From positions 124,001 to 188,000 of IMG/VR virus record IMGVR_UViG_3300017971_000001: DNA of 64,000 nt. One strand, given 5' to 3'. Below, in pieces: positions 51,330 to 61,406 of the stretch. The notes under the pieces are model-generated. The model was given only the letters and a program-made list of their open reading frames with translations, searched no databases and had not been told where the DNA came from. The stretch's first letter is position 1; each line of letters opens with the position of its first letter. Both the position numbers and the translations under genes were made by a program.

Positions 51330-51758
51330 ATGAATCAAACGAACCGGCAGGTCAACTGGACCACGATCGGACTCCTTGGCGTCCTGGTGGCCTCCCTGCT
51401 GCTCTGCTCCTGCGCGCCCGTGCAGACCGAGCCGGCGGCCAAGGATCCGTTGCCTGCGAAGACCGAGGCGAGTGAGCTCGAGTACACGACCACCTACACG
51501 GCCCGCGGCGTCGAGGTCGAGGTGCCCCTTCTCCTCGCGGAGGATCAGGCGCTGCTGATCGTCGCGCTCCAGGAGATCGACAACAACGGCGTCCACGTCC
51601 ACCTACCGGGCTGGCGGGTTCGGATCCTTCCCTCCGACAGCGACAAGGAGGGGCTGCGCGAGAAGCACAAGCTGATCAAGGTCCGCTGGCGCTATGACGA
51701 CGACCCGCTCAAAAGCCTCCTGCCGGGTCTGTGGGATCTGGTCCAGGGAGTTCGGTGA
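51330..51758 (+). CDS. Putative lipoprotein
   Basis: Hydrophobic signal ending LLCSC. Confidence 0.55.
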   Translation: MNQTNRQVNWTTIGLLGVLVASLLLCSCAPVQTEPAAKDPLPAKTEASELEYTTTYTARGVEVEVPLLLAEDQALLIVALQEIDNNGVHVHLPGWRVRILPSDSDKEGLREKHKLIKVRWRYDDDPLKSLLPGLWDLVQGVR

Positions 51759-52397
51759 AGAAGCCCCGTCGAAAGGGAGGCTGGCGACCGGACTGGATCA
51801 TGCACGGGCGCGCGTGGGCGATCGGAACGCCTGGCTCGAATCACATGAGACGGTCGTGCATGGGACACGGCACGGGAGAACTTCGAGCCTGGGGTGGAAT
51901 GAAGATCCCGTTCTTGGGGTCCCGCGTCCGATACGCGTGGGACTGCGCCGGCATGGGACTCAGGAAATCGACCGGAGCAGGAGCGTGAGGCGGCGTCGAG
52001 GAGGGCCTGGTTTTTGGATCCGAGGAATCGCAGGAAGAGGGCTATTCAAGGCTGCCCGCGGCTCCGGGAAGGGGCTTGGGCGCGCTATCGGTTGCGTTTG
52101 GGTAGTCCGCGACGTCAGGTCATTCATGGGCTGGAGCGGAAGGGGGATCTCCTGGTCGCACGGCATGGGCTGTCCGAATCGGTGGAGAGGAAGGGGCGTG
52201 TGAGGCGCCGGCGTCGCCACAGCTTTTGCCACTGGATCCAGGGATACATAGGGCTCGGATCAATCCCTGGTCCCCGAGTCGGAGAAAGAAAGCACTTCTC
52301 GAGGGGTATGGGGCACTCTCACGGCATGTCGACCATGATCTGGTTTTCACGGTCCGCAGGGTCCGGACAGCGCCTCGCCTGCTCGATCGGAATCTAA
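51755..52397 (+). CDS. Three GTGA-coupled Arg/Gly-rich small peptides (51755-51988, 51985-52203, 52200-52397)
   Basis: Start MKKPRRK, MRRRRGG and MRRRRRH; each start overlaps the previous stop. Confidence 0.55.
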
Positions 52398-52674
52398 TGG
52401 CCAAGCTCCAGCAATACCTCTCCGACAAGCTCAAGCTCGCCAAGACGCAGCCCGTCTGGCTAACCTATCGCAAATACCGCTACAAGGTCGAATTGCCGGA
52501 AGATATCGACGCCCTGATCCCGGACGAGGGAGCCGAGGCGTTCGCGAAGTCGAAGTTCGGGATCACGCTACTGCGCGGCCTGCACCGACACAACAACCGC
52601 CTGCGGGCCGGCTGCCGCTACCTCAACGATCAGGAGATCCTTGGGATCGTGACCGAGAAGCACGACGCATGAGC

Positions 52675-53496
52675 CTACCAAGGCCCCGATCGCTTCTTCC
52701 CGTGGACCCAAAGGCCGCCCCCGCCAATTCGGGCGAGCTCCTTGAGCTTCTCCCGGTGGTAGTCGCCAGCCCCCCAGACCATGAAGTTCACGGGCGGGAG
52801 CTTCTTCTCCTTGCGCCAGGCCAAGCCCTTCTTGTAGGCCTCTTCGGCCTCCTTGACGTTGACGTCGCCGTCCGTCACCAGGGCGACGGTCAAGCGATCA
52901 CACGGATCGCGCATGGCGACCCGGATCGCTCGAGCGAGATCCGTGCTCCCGTCGGCCGAGCAGGTCAGCAGGTATCGCATGAGCGAAGGGTAGTGGCTCG
53001 GCATGGACGCCCAGCCCTGGCGGACGCAATGGTCGCCGCACTTCTCCTTGGGATCGTGCTTGTGCTCGGGCTTGCCCTTCCAGCGGATCGCGTACGCGCT
53101 GTAGGTGATCAGACCCGCCTGGAATCCGTCCACGGGAGACATGAGGATCAACTGCACCGAGGCGACAGCCTGCTGGAGCAAGCCCTCCATGCTGCCGGAA
53201 GTGTCGACCACGAAGATCACGCGATCGGTCAGGCGGAAGCTCTTCTTCGCGCGCACGAGCTCGAGCGGCATGACGCTCGGCGGGGGAGGGATCTCGATCT
53301 TCTTCCTCGGTTTGGGGAGAGCCTCCTCGAACCATTCCTCCTCGAAGACATGCGGGACCGGCATGGGCGGCGGCGTGATCTTCGGCTTCGGCTGAACGAC
53401 CGGGGGCTGGGTCGGCTTGACGTTGCCCTGGGGCTTCTGCTGCGCGAGCGCAGGCGCGGCAACGAGGAGGAGAAGGGGCAGGATCAAACGCCTCAT
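52675..53496 (-). CDS. Secreted von Willebrand factor A domain protein
   Basis: Signal peptide; VVDTSGSM MIDAS, GSTD, VTDG, LARIGGG. Confidence 0.85.
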   Translation of the reverse strand: MRRLILPLLLLVAAPALAQQKPQGNVKPTQPPVVQPKPKITPPPMPVPHVFEEEWFEEALPKPRKKIEIPPPPSVMPLELVRAKKSFRLTDRVIFVVDTSGSMEGLLQQAVASVQLILMSPVDGFQAGLITYSAYAIRWKGKPEHKHDPKEKCGDHCVRQGWASMPSHYPSLMRYLLTCSADGSTDLARAIRVAMRDPCDRLTVALVTDGDVNVKEAEEAYKKGLAWRKEKKLPPVNFMVWGAGDYHREKLKELARIGGGGLWVHGKKRSGPW

Positions 53497-53554
53497 AAGC
53501 TAGAGCTCCATACCTCCAGCCTAGCAGCGTGCCGCGGTTCCGTCTGGAAACACG

Positions 53555-53932
53555 AAGAGCCAGGGGGTGACCCTGGCTCCTCGCGTCGCTTATACAGCCT
53601 CTGCGCAAGTAGGGACTCGGCGCAGAAGACGCACTTGAAAGTGCGACTCCGGACATTGGCTGTTGCTTCTACGCTACCTCAGGACTTGGGGCCTGCAACT
53701 CGCCCAGTCGGTGGACAGGCCGGCTGGCTGTGGTGTAGAACGGAAGGTCCGTGCAGTCGCACTTCGAACTGCACTCGAACGAGGAGATCGATCACCCGTA
53801 CATGCCAACGCCTCGCAGAGCCAACTGCGAGGCGTCGTGAGTCAGAGCAACAGCTAAGACTAAGGGTCACCAACGCCCTGAATGTAGCTCGTTGCTCTGA
53901 CTCCTGGCAAGTCCAACTTGTCTGGGAGAGTC
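53555..53932. ncRNA. Candidate structured non-coding RNA
   Basis: At least eight hairpins in an interval lacking a credible ORF. Confidence 0.5.
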
Positions 53933-54528
53933 ATGGAAGCCGAGTACGGCAGTAGTAAACACTTGGGACGCAATAACTTGCCTGTTCCCGAGTTTTCCGA
54001 AAAAAAGTTTCAAGAACCTCCAGGGAAGGTCGGAAAACCTCCCGAAAGGCCGCGCATGGACTCCGAATGGTACGAATTTCAACGACCCGGCTTCAGCAAT
54101 AAGAACGCGAAGCGAAGGAAGAAGGCCTGGAGAAAGCGCGCTGAGAGGCTCATGGAACACTTCGGACGGGGCGTGGAACCGGGCTGGACGATCTGCTCCA
54201 AGTGCAAAGGTGTGGGAGTCCTTCCTGACGATCTCAACTTCGACAAGCACGGCCTGAGTCTGAAGGAATCTCGATCGATTGCGGATTCAATCTTCGAGCG
54301 AGAGAAAGAGGAAATGGACAAGAGTCTGAGTAAGGAGGAGCAGAAAAGGCTCGAGCTTTCGTTCGGACCGACTTCAGGTGATTTCGTCGTCTGCCCGGAG
54401 TGCAAAAAGCTTCTCGTTTGCATTTTCGAAGAGCTCCGCGACGGCGCCTGGGCCGGCGAGAGCATTGAATTCAACTTTGCTGACGGAAAGACCTACCAAC
54501 AATCCACGTTCACTCGAGAGACGACCTC

Positions 54529-57500
54529 ATGAGCAACACCGAAGAGAAAAGCGATAGCTGGTCGTACTGGCACCTCCCCTTCCCCCAGCAGGTCCCGCTG
54601 CTCACGCGGCAGGGGCTGTTCCACTACGGGCCGCGCAACGAGCCGGCGCCGCTGCGTCAGCTGTTCAAGCGGGCGCAGGCCCAGGCAATCCGCCTGTTCG
54701 ACAACGGGGTCTACGCGGTCCCGCGGGTGCTCGTCACCCGCAAGAAGGGGCAGCTGGACAAGCACGTGCTTAAGCAGAAGGTGCCGTACAAGAAGCGCGC
54801 GCGCTCCTGCGGGCACCCGCACTGCCGCGCTGGTGTCGACGGCGAAGGTAAGCACGTCCCGGCTCCGGAGCAGCACGCTGCCTTTGTCCGGAAGGACACC
54901 TTCCTGCGCTCCGTGCGGGTCGGCATGCCCCGCAAGGAAGCCTTGCTCGAGGCCTCGCTCGCGGCGACCGACTGCCTCCGGCGTCACCAGGACCAGCAGG
55001 GAACGCGACAGTCCTGGTACGACCACGTCCGCGGCTTCGCCAAGGGCTGGGGCTGGGAGGAGGGCCAGAGCCCCAAGCGGGGCGAAGGGCGGAGTGGGTG
55101 GTGGGAATACCACCGCGGTGCTTACTCGTACTCGCTCTACGGCGAGCGGCGGTTCGAAGTCAACTTCTTCGGAATCGACCACGACGGTGGCGTCTGGAAG
55201 AAAGGCAAGGTTAACACCGAGATCGTCAAGACCCCCGAGGAAGACCGGCGCGCGCTGGCTCAGTTCTTTCAGAGCCACGGACTGCGTGGCTACTTCGCCA
55301 ACACTTCGCACAGCGGCGGGCTCCTGCGCGACAAGGGGATCGGCGTCCACGATCGCTGCTTGATCGACGGCGGACTCCCGTCATGGTTTGCGCACAAGCT
55401 CGGCAAGGAGATCACTCGCCACGTTCTGCGCGATCGCCCCTACGTCGACGACATTGAGGTGTTCCCCAAGAGCCACGAGTTCAGCGACAACTGGGCGATC
55501 GACAGGAAGACGGCCAAGGTCAAGGCCCCTTCCGGCGACAGTCACCTCCTCAACGCGCCGCTCGCCGCTCACCTGCACCACCTCGGCAAGGCGAGCCTGA
55601 TTGACCCCTCGACCGGGCGCCCCTTCGTCTACTACGACGACTCGGTCGCCTACGCCGAATCCATTCAGGGCGACTCGGTCGAGAAGCTGTGCATGATCGC
55701 GAACATGCTCGGCTTCGATATCAACGACCCCTGGAACGCGCTCAAGGACGAGCCGAACGTCGATCTCGAGCGACTGTGGGAGACGCGACCCGTTCACGAG
55801 ATCCAGGGCAAGGAGAACCCTTACCTGGGATCGCGGCTGAAGCAGAAGACGCTGACCGTGCCCCTCAAGGGGGAGAAGCGCAGCGGTCAGAAGCGCGTGA
55901 TCGACATGGGGCAGGAGGACCCGCTCGCCCAGGCGCTCCACGAAGCCGGCGTCGACGCCCTCGAGGTCTGCAAGGCGGCGGGAACCGAGCTCAAGAAGGT
56001 CGGCGAGCGCTGGACGGGCTGCTGCCCGGTCCACAAGGGCACCAACCCGACCCAGTTCAACGTGTTTCCGGCGCGAGACGGCGTGCTCGCCGCCAAGTGC
56101 CTGAGTCCGGACTGCGCGGACGAGCACCCCCACGGCTGGAAGAACCCGATCGCGTTGCACCAGGCGGTCCACGGCTGCTCGTGGGGCGAGTCGCGCGACG
56201 CGGTCGCGGCCATGGCGGGAATCGAGAACCCCCGCGACGAGAAGTGGCAGCGGAAGAGTCGCTTCCAGGAGAAGTACGCCAGCCAGTGGAAGAACGTCTA
56301 CGAGTGGGTCGGCAAGCGGGTCGGTGAACTGCCGCGCGGCAAGTACCACAAGTTCCTGCAGGCCATGGTCAACGCGCTCGACCGACTCAACCAAGAGGAG
56401 CAGGTAATCGACCCCGAGGAGATCGCGGTTTCGATCTTTCACCACGACACCCAGCTGCTCGACGTCAAGGCCTTCTTCGACGAGACGGTCCTTCCGACGC
56501 TCAAGAAGCTGGACAAGCAGCGAGAGGACCGCAAGAAGGGCCTCAGCAAGAGCAGCGGCGTATCGGGGATCGGTTACCTGCGCCGGGAGTTCGGCGCCGT
56601 CTGCATGAACGAACTGGTGAGCGCGATCATGGCCGACACCCAGTTCAAGCTCGAGTGGGGCCGCGTCGGCCGGGCGATCACCGGCTGCGCGCCGCTCAAG
56701 TACGACCGAAAGGGCCAAGACCTCGTCTGGGACATGCACAACGACGCCAGGCACCGCGAAGAGGACCTGCTGAACTTCACGACGGTCCCGACCTCGGACC
56801 AGGCGAAACCGCTGGACGACGTCCAGATCGAGGAGCTCCAGGAGATCGTCAAGATCGATCGATATATCAGCAGGCAGGCAGGGCGCCTCGTCGGCTGCTC
56901 GATCACCAAGGAAGAGGCCTGGAACGATCTCACGGGCAAGAAGCTCTGGAGCACCTGGAAGCGCTGCGGGTCGCGCCATTGCACCAAGTGCGGCCTGCTG
57001 CACTACTCGACCATGTACAAGGCCTTGATCCGCAAGTGGCAATACCACAAGGGCCCGATCTGGGTCGCGGAGACCCGGGGCCTGACTCGAGCCCAGGTCG
57101 ACGAGGCCCGCGCCGGGCTCAGCGACATGGGCAGCATTGCCCAGCGCGTCATGTTCACGGGCTACAGGGAGGACGGGCACGTCGTCACGACCTACTCGGC
57201 CACCCAGGATCAGGCGGGATTCTGCGCCTCGGGCAAGGTGGTCGGCGGCGTAGACCGCGACCAGGAGTTCGAGTTCAAGTTCGACACGATCGAGGAAGCT
57301 GCAGCCCACGCGGTCTCTTCCATGTTCGGCCTGACGGCTTACGTCTCTGATCTGATCAAGGGCCAGGACGTCCAGGAGCTCGAGGCCGAGCTCGGGTTCC
57401 TCAAGCACCGGCGTCTGGTCGGCAAGACCCGCGAGTCCCTTGGAGGCGCGACGGTCGAGGACGTCAAGGCGATCCGCAAGGAAGAGGTCGAGGCGCTGCA

Positions 57501-57831
57501 CGAAGGCGACGGGGTCGACGAGAACGTCCTCGTCGGGGCGGGCAGCAAGGACAGCGACATGGCCGCGGCCGACGAGGAAGCCGCTGGGCTCCGACTCGAC
57601 CACGACGGCGACGTGTTCGAGATCGGCGCGCAGATCAGCTACCGGCTGATCACGCCGTTGGGCAACACGATCGCGGTCTCCGAACGGCCCTTTTCGATCG
57701 ATCGAGTCGTCAGTTTCATGCGCTTCAACCACGTCTTGAAGAACGACCTGGCGCTGCTCCGCGAGCAGGAAAACCAGGTCAGGAGCGCGGTCAACCAGAC
57801 CTTTAGCTGGTCTACGAAGGCGGCTGCCTAG
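54529..57831 (+). CDS. Putative primase/replication protein: AEP-like domain, CHC2 Zn finger, Cys-rich C-terminal domain
   Basis: GIDHD, SHSGG..GVH, IEVFPK; GCCPVH...KCLSPDC; CGSRHCTKC. Confidence 0.65.
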   Translation: MSNTEEKSDSWSYWHLPFPQQVPLLTRQGLFHYGPRNEPAPLRQLFKRAQAQAIRLFDNGVYAVPRVLVTRKKGQLDKHVLKQKVPYKKRARSCGHPHCRAGVDGEGKHVPAPEQHAAFVRKDTFLRSVRVGMPRKEALLEASLAATDCLRRHQDQQGTRQSWYDHVRGFAKGWGWEEGQSPKRGEGRSGWWEYHRGAYSYSLYGERRFEVNFFGIDHDGGVWKKGKVNTEIVKTPEEDRRALAQFFQSHGLRGYFANTSHSGGLLRDKGIGVHDRCLIDGGLPSWFAHKLGKEITRHVLRDRPYVDDIEVFPKSHEFSDNWAIDRKTAKVKAPSGDSHLLNAPLAAHLHHLGKASLIDPSTGRPFVYYDDSVAYAESIQGDSVEKLCMIANMLGFDINDPWNALKDEPNVDLERLWETRPVHEIQGKENPYLGSRLKQKTLTVPLKGEKRSGQKRVIDMGQEDPLAQALHEAGVDALEVCKAAGTELKKVGERWTGCCPVHKGTNPTQFNVFPARDGVLAAKCLSPDCADEHPHGWKNPIALHQAVHGCSWGESRDAVAAMAGIENPRDEKWQRKSRFQEKYASQWKNVYEWVGKRVGELPRGKYHKFLQAMVNALDRLNQEEQVIDPEEIAVSIFHHDTQLLDVKAFFDETVLPTLKKLDKQREDRKKGLSKSSGVSGIGYLRREFGAVCMNELVSAIMADTQFKLEWGRVGRAITGCAPLKYDRKGQDLVWDMHNDARHREEDLLNFTTVPTSDQAKPLDDVQIEELQEIVKIDRYISRQAGRLVGCSITKEEAWNDLTGKKLWSTWKRCGSRHCTKCGLLHYSTMYKALIRKWQYHKGPIWVAETRGLTRAQVDEARAGLSDMGSIAQRVMFTGYREDGHVVTTYSATQDQAGFCASGKVVGGVDRDQEFEFKFDTIEEAAAHAVSSMFGLTAYVSDLIKGQDVQELEAELGFLKHRRLVGKTRESLGGATVEDVKAIRKEEVEALHEGDGVDENVLVGAGSKDSDMAAADEEAAGLRLDHDGDVFEIGAQISYRLITPLGNTIAVSERPFSIDRVVSFMRFNHVLKNDLALLREQENQVRSAVNQTFSWSTKAAA

Positions 57832-58180
57832 CGGCGGGAAGCGGCCAGCGCGGACGATCGACGCGCTTGTCTGAGCTACGGAAAACGGTGCTCACCCGCC
57901 CAAGATTGCCACGGCCGAGAGCGAGATCGGCCACCTGAGAGGCCCAAAAATTCGTCCGAAAATTTGATCCCGCGAGCAAGCTCGGCGCAAAACGCGTTGA
58001 GCTCAAGGTATGTACTTTCACCTATGGAATAAATTACATAAGCCCATACCCGGACTCCATTTGACTCCGAGACTTTTCGTATATAGACAAACAAAAACCA
58101 CGGAGCCTGCCCGCCAGTTGTCCTACCCCCTTGATATCAATGCTTTTCGAACCAAAGAGCCCTCAACGGGGCCCGGAAGA

Positions 58181-58861
58181 ATGAGCGGAAAGCACGCCAT
58201 GACCTACGCCGCGCAGCGGATTGCCTGGATCGATTTCGAGACAACTGGACTGGTCGACGTGCCCGATCAGCCGGCCTGGCCGCTCGTTTTGGAGGTCGCT
58301 CTCGTCGTCACCTGCTCGCGCTTGAAGGTCCTCGACGCGCGCGAATTTGTGATCAAGACGCCTCCCGAAAAGCTGTTTGGGGAGTGCGACGGCAAGTCCT
58401 ACCTGAACGATTTCACGCGGGAAATGCACACCAAGAACGGGCTGATCAGGGAACTCGAGGCGGGCGCCGGGAAAGGGATCGCGGAGGTCGACGTGATCCT
58501 CTACTCGATCCTGGCTGAGCACGAGGTCGAGATCGAAGTTGAGCGTGACGGGAAAACCGAGCTCAAGCCCTACAAGCCCGTCCTCGGCGGCGCCTCCCCG
58601 GGCGCGCTGGATCGGCCGATCCTCCGCAAGTATTTTCCGCTCACGAACAGCGCTCTCAGCCACCGAAGCCTGGACGTCAGCACGCTCAAGCTTGCCTTTC
58701 GCAACTGGTTCGACGGCCCTCTGGGCGAAGTCGATAGCAAGGACGAAGCTGAGCACCGGGCCATGGCGGACACGCTCGCGGCGATCCGGTTCGCCTCGAT
58801 CTACCGGGACGCGATCGGCCGGATTCCGCTGCCGGAAAGCAGCAAAGTCGCTCCGGTGTGA
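58181..58861 (+). CDS. orn: Oligoribonuclease (DEDDh)
   Basis: WIDFETTGL, MHTKNGL, HRSLDVSTLK, HRAMAD. Confidence 0.88.
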   Translation: MSGKHAMTYAAQRIAWIDFETTGLVDVPDQPAWPLVLEVALVVTCSRLKVLDAREFVIKTPPEKLFGECDGKSYLNDFTREMHTKNGLIRELEAGAGKGIAEVDVILYSILAEHEVEIEVERDGKTELKPYKPVLGGASPGALDRPILRKYFPLTNSALSHRSLDVSTLKLAFRNWFDGPLGEVDSKDEAEHRAMADTLAAIRFASIYRDAIGRIPLPESSKVAPV

Positions 58862-59721
58862 AGGACCCAGAGGTCTACGAGGTCTGCCAGAAGCGAGCCT
58901 ACCGGAGCGCTTCTTCTGCCCGAGCGGCCACGCGAAAGATCAAGAACCGCGTGGCCGTTTACCTCTGCAGCGAGTGCCATTACTACCACGTCACCAACCG
59001 AGACACCTCTCGCCGCAAGCGCTTTCGCAAGCGGCCGAAGAGTCGGAGGACGGAGCGGCAGCGCGCCGATCGTCAGCGCCGGCGCGACGGCTGAAACGAA
59101 TTTGCTCCTCAACGCTGGGATTATTTGCAGCAGCTGATCAGAATAGAATCCAGCATGGACGAACTGGCTTACCTGGGGTCGCAGCGCCGCGAAAAGCGTC
59201 GCTGCCAGCGCGCACCGCGCGAAGGGCACCACAGTGGGTCAGGACGGAAGGAGCAGCGCTGGGGCGCTGCTCGATCAGACCGAGTGGGAACGAAGTAACA
59301 CCTGCCGACGCATGTTCTTGGCGCTCATTGACGCCGGGGAGGACATGCAGAAAATCGTTGAGGAGCTCCTGTCTCTCGCCGATCTCTATCGGCCAGAGAG
59401 TCAGAACTCCCTCACAGCGCATTACTATTGGCGCAACGGCTTGCGAGACGGGAAGAACCCAGACAAGGAGGTCGCAGACCGAACCTACCTGGTGTTCCGC
59501 TACGTGAGCCAGGCCTTCAGTGAGCCAGTCCCCCCTGTCGTCATGGGCGGCGGCGAGCCGATCATTTGCACGGTGATCCGAAAGCACGTCCCTCAAGCGC
59601 CCCGGGGGTTCTCAAGTCTGGCCCGCCGAGTCGGCGATCCAAAGAACCCGCCTGCAGCCTCCGCGCTTAGCACCCCCTTCAAGAGCTTGGTCAGCGTCAG
59701 CGACCCAACAGAGGATTCCTG

Positions 59722-60189
59722 GTGAGCGAGCCAACCCTCCTCATGACCCATGCCTCCGGTGGCGAGCTCCACCAGGGCGGCCGGCTCGAGGCGACGCGGG
59801 CTGCGGACGGGCGTCTGAAGTGCGATTTCTTGGTCCTGGCGGCCAAAGAGATTCGATTTTCAGGCGAAGGTCAGCTGAACGGAGTCGTTATTCCGCTCAC
59901 GGACGGGACTCCGCTCTCAGCGCAGGACTGGTGCTCGATCTACAAGCACGCACTCGAGACTGCGAAGGAATGCGCCGACCAGGTCTTGAACGGAAAGATC
60001 GTCTACGTGACCTGTGCTCAGGGTTGGAACCGCAGCGGCCTGATCGCCGGCATGACGCTTTGCTTGCTGGGCTGGGACGACAAGGAGGCGATCGATCGGA
60101 TCCGTGAGGTTCGTAGCTGGGGCGCACTCAGCAACCGCGCGTTCACAAGTATGGTCAGCGGAAATCGGACTGGAGTCGGCTTCGTCTGA
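59722..60189 (+). CDS. Dual-specificity/tyrosine phosphatase-like protein
   Basis: VTCAQGWNRSG (CX5R); ALSNRAF. Confidence 0.85.
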   Translation: MSEPTLLMTHASGGELHQGGRLEATRAADGRLKCDFLVLAAKEIRFSGEGQLNGVVIPLTDGTPLSAQDWCSIYKHALETAKECADQVLNGKIVYVTCAQGWNRSGLIAGMTLCLLGWDDKEAIDRIREVRSWGALSNRAFTSMVSGNRTGVGFV

Positions 60190-60239
60190 GCTTCAGGTTC
60201 TTTTCGTTGCTTGACTTGTGGCAAATTTCGACTTTCTGA

Positions 60240-60268
60240 TTGACCCGGGCGATCCGGTCCTCTATCTT
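60240..60268 (+). promoter_or_regulatory. Sigma70-type promoter upstream of the Pth2/tRNA-like/array region
   Basis: TTGACC-N17-TATCTT, with ATG 7 nt downstream. Confidence 0.7.
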
Positions 60269-60384
60269 TCCGTCCATGCAGAACCGAGCTTGACAGTCAG
60301 GGACGCGCCCCAACCCAGAGGGGCAAGACGAGCGACCGCAAGGCACTCTCCACTTCGGATCGAGGGCCTCGTTTCACGCACTAC

Positions 60385-60804
60385 TTGATCGTTCGTCGCG
60401 ACCTGCCGCTCGGAGTCATTGCTGCCCAGCTTGCTCATGCCGCTCGTGAGAGTTCGCGCACGCGCTGGACGCTCCCCGAAAAGCACCTCCACTTCAAGCG
60501 CTGCAAGCGCGACCCGGACGAAGTCGTCTACGTGGTCGTGCTCTCCGTTGACTCGGGGCCCGAGCTCCGCGAGCTCGCGTCCAAGCTCGAGCGCCGGCGG
60601 ATCCCCACTTACTTGATCGAGGAGCCCGACCTGGACGGTCAGGCGACCGCGGTCGGCGTCGGCCCGGTCGATACCGGTCGAGCCTGGAAGGCTGTCCGTC
60701 GTGTGCTCGGCCAGCTTCCCCTATTCGGTCCGTCGGATCGATCAACGCTCAAGCGAGCCCATTTCAGCAAGGTGAATCGGTGGCCGAGTTCCGCAAGCTC
60801 ATGA
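60385..60804 (+). CDS. Peptidyl-tRNA hydrolase 2 (Pth2)-like protein, true start uncertain
   Basis: YLIVRRDL..GVIAAQLAHAA, VVVL, EPD, TAVGVGP. Confidence 0.8.
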   Translation: MIVRRDLPLGVIAAQLAHAARESSRTRWTLPEKHLHFKRCKRDPDEVVYVVVLSVDSGPELRELASKLERRRIPTYLIEEPDLDGQATAVGVGPVDTGRAWKAVRRVLGQLPLFGPSDRSTLKRAHFSKVNRWPSSASS

Positions 60805-61086
60805 CCCAGGACCGCCTACTCGCGTTCGAGCGCCTGCTCGAAGACGGGATCGACGAGACCCTCTTCGGCCACCCGCCGGACTCCAAAGACAAGGAGGCAT
60901 GGAACCGTTACGCCCAGGGCGTGGACTTGCTCGAGCCGGCCCTCGAAGCGTTCAAGAGTTCGGTCTGCGAGGCGCTCGGCTGCGCGCCTGTGATCAACGA
61001 CTACTGCATGAGGCCGAAGTGCGATCACTGTGCATTCTGCGGCAAGTCTATGCCCGGAGAGGCGCCTAGAGAACAAGATTAAACAA

Positions 61087-61161
61087 GCGCGGGTAGCTCA
61101 ACGAGGAGAGCGGCCAGTGAAATACCTGGAAGGGAGCGGCGTGCAAGTCCCGCCCCGCGCA
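61087..61161 (+). tRNA. Aberrant tRNA-like element
   Basis: GCGCGGG/CCCGCGC acceptor and GCTC/GAGC D arm; irregular anticodon loop; T loop GTGCAAG. Confidence 0.55.
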
Positions 61162-61165
61162 ACAC

Positions 61166-61232
61166 GGTCCGGTAGCTCAATGAAGAGCGTAGCCTTCGGG
61201 CTGAGGTGGTAGGTCACACCTGCCCCGGACCA
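61166..61232 (+). tRNA. tRNA-like element with anticodon loop replaced by a C(UUCG)G tetraloop
   Basis: GGTCCGG/CCGGACC acceptor; TAGCC-TTCG-GGCTG arm. Confidence 0.6.
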
Positions 61233-61240
61233 ACAACAAG

Positions 61241-61406
61241 AGCCTGTAGCTCAGAGGGCTCATGGGATACCCGCGACGGAGTGCGCACGAAGTCGTCGGT
61301 AGAGCATGGGGGCAAGGATCGTCGGTCGGGCTAGCTACCCAATCGTCTCTTTGCTGGAGCACCTGCCTAAAAAGCAGGAGGTCGCGAGGTTCGAATCCCG
61401 CCAAGC
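61241..61406 (+). tRNA. Interrupted or degenerate tRNA-like element
   Basis: TAGCTCAG 5' part ~100 nt from CCTGC-CTAAAAA-GCAGG-AGGTC..GTTCGAATC. Confidence 0.4.

Noticed and set aside
53555-53932. RNase P RNA
   Set aside because: The GAGGAAAGTCC and CAGAACCCGGCTTA-type signatures are not seen on either strand.
55381-57732. Long antisense ORFs (also 19488-21446, 36839-38569, 39651-41000, 28148-29491)
   Set aside because: Shadow frames of high-GC3 genes whose opposite strand has clear motifs.
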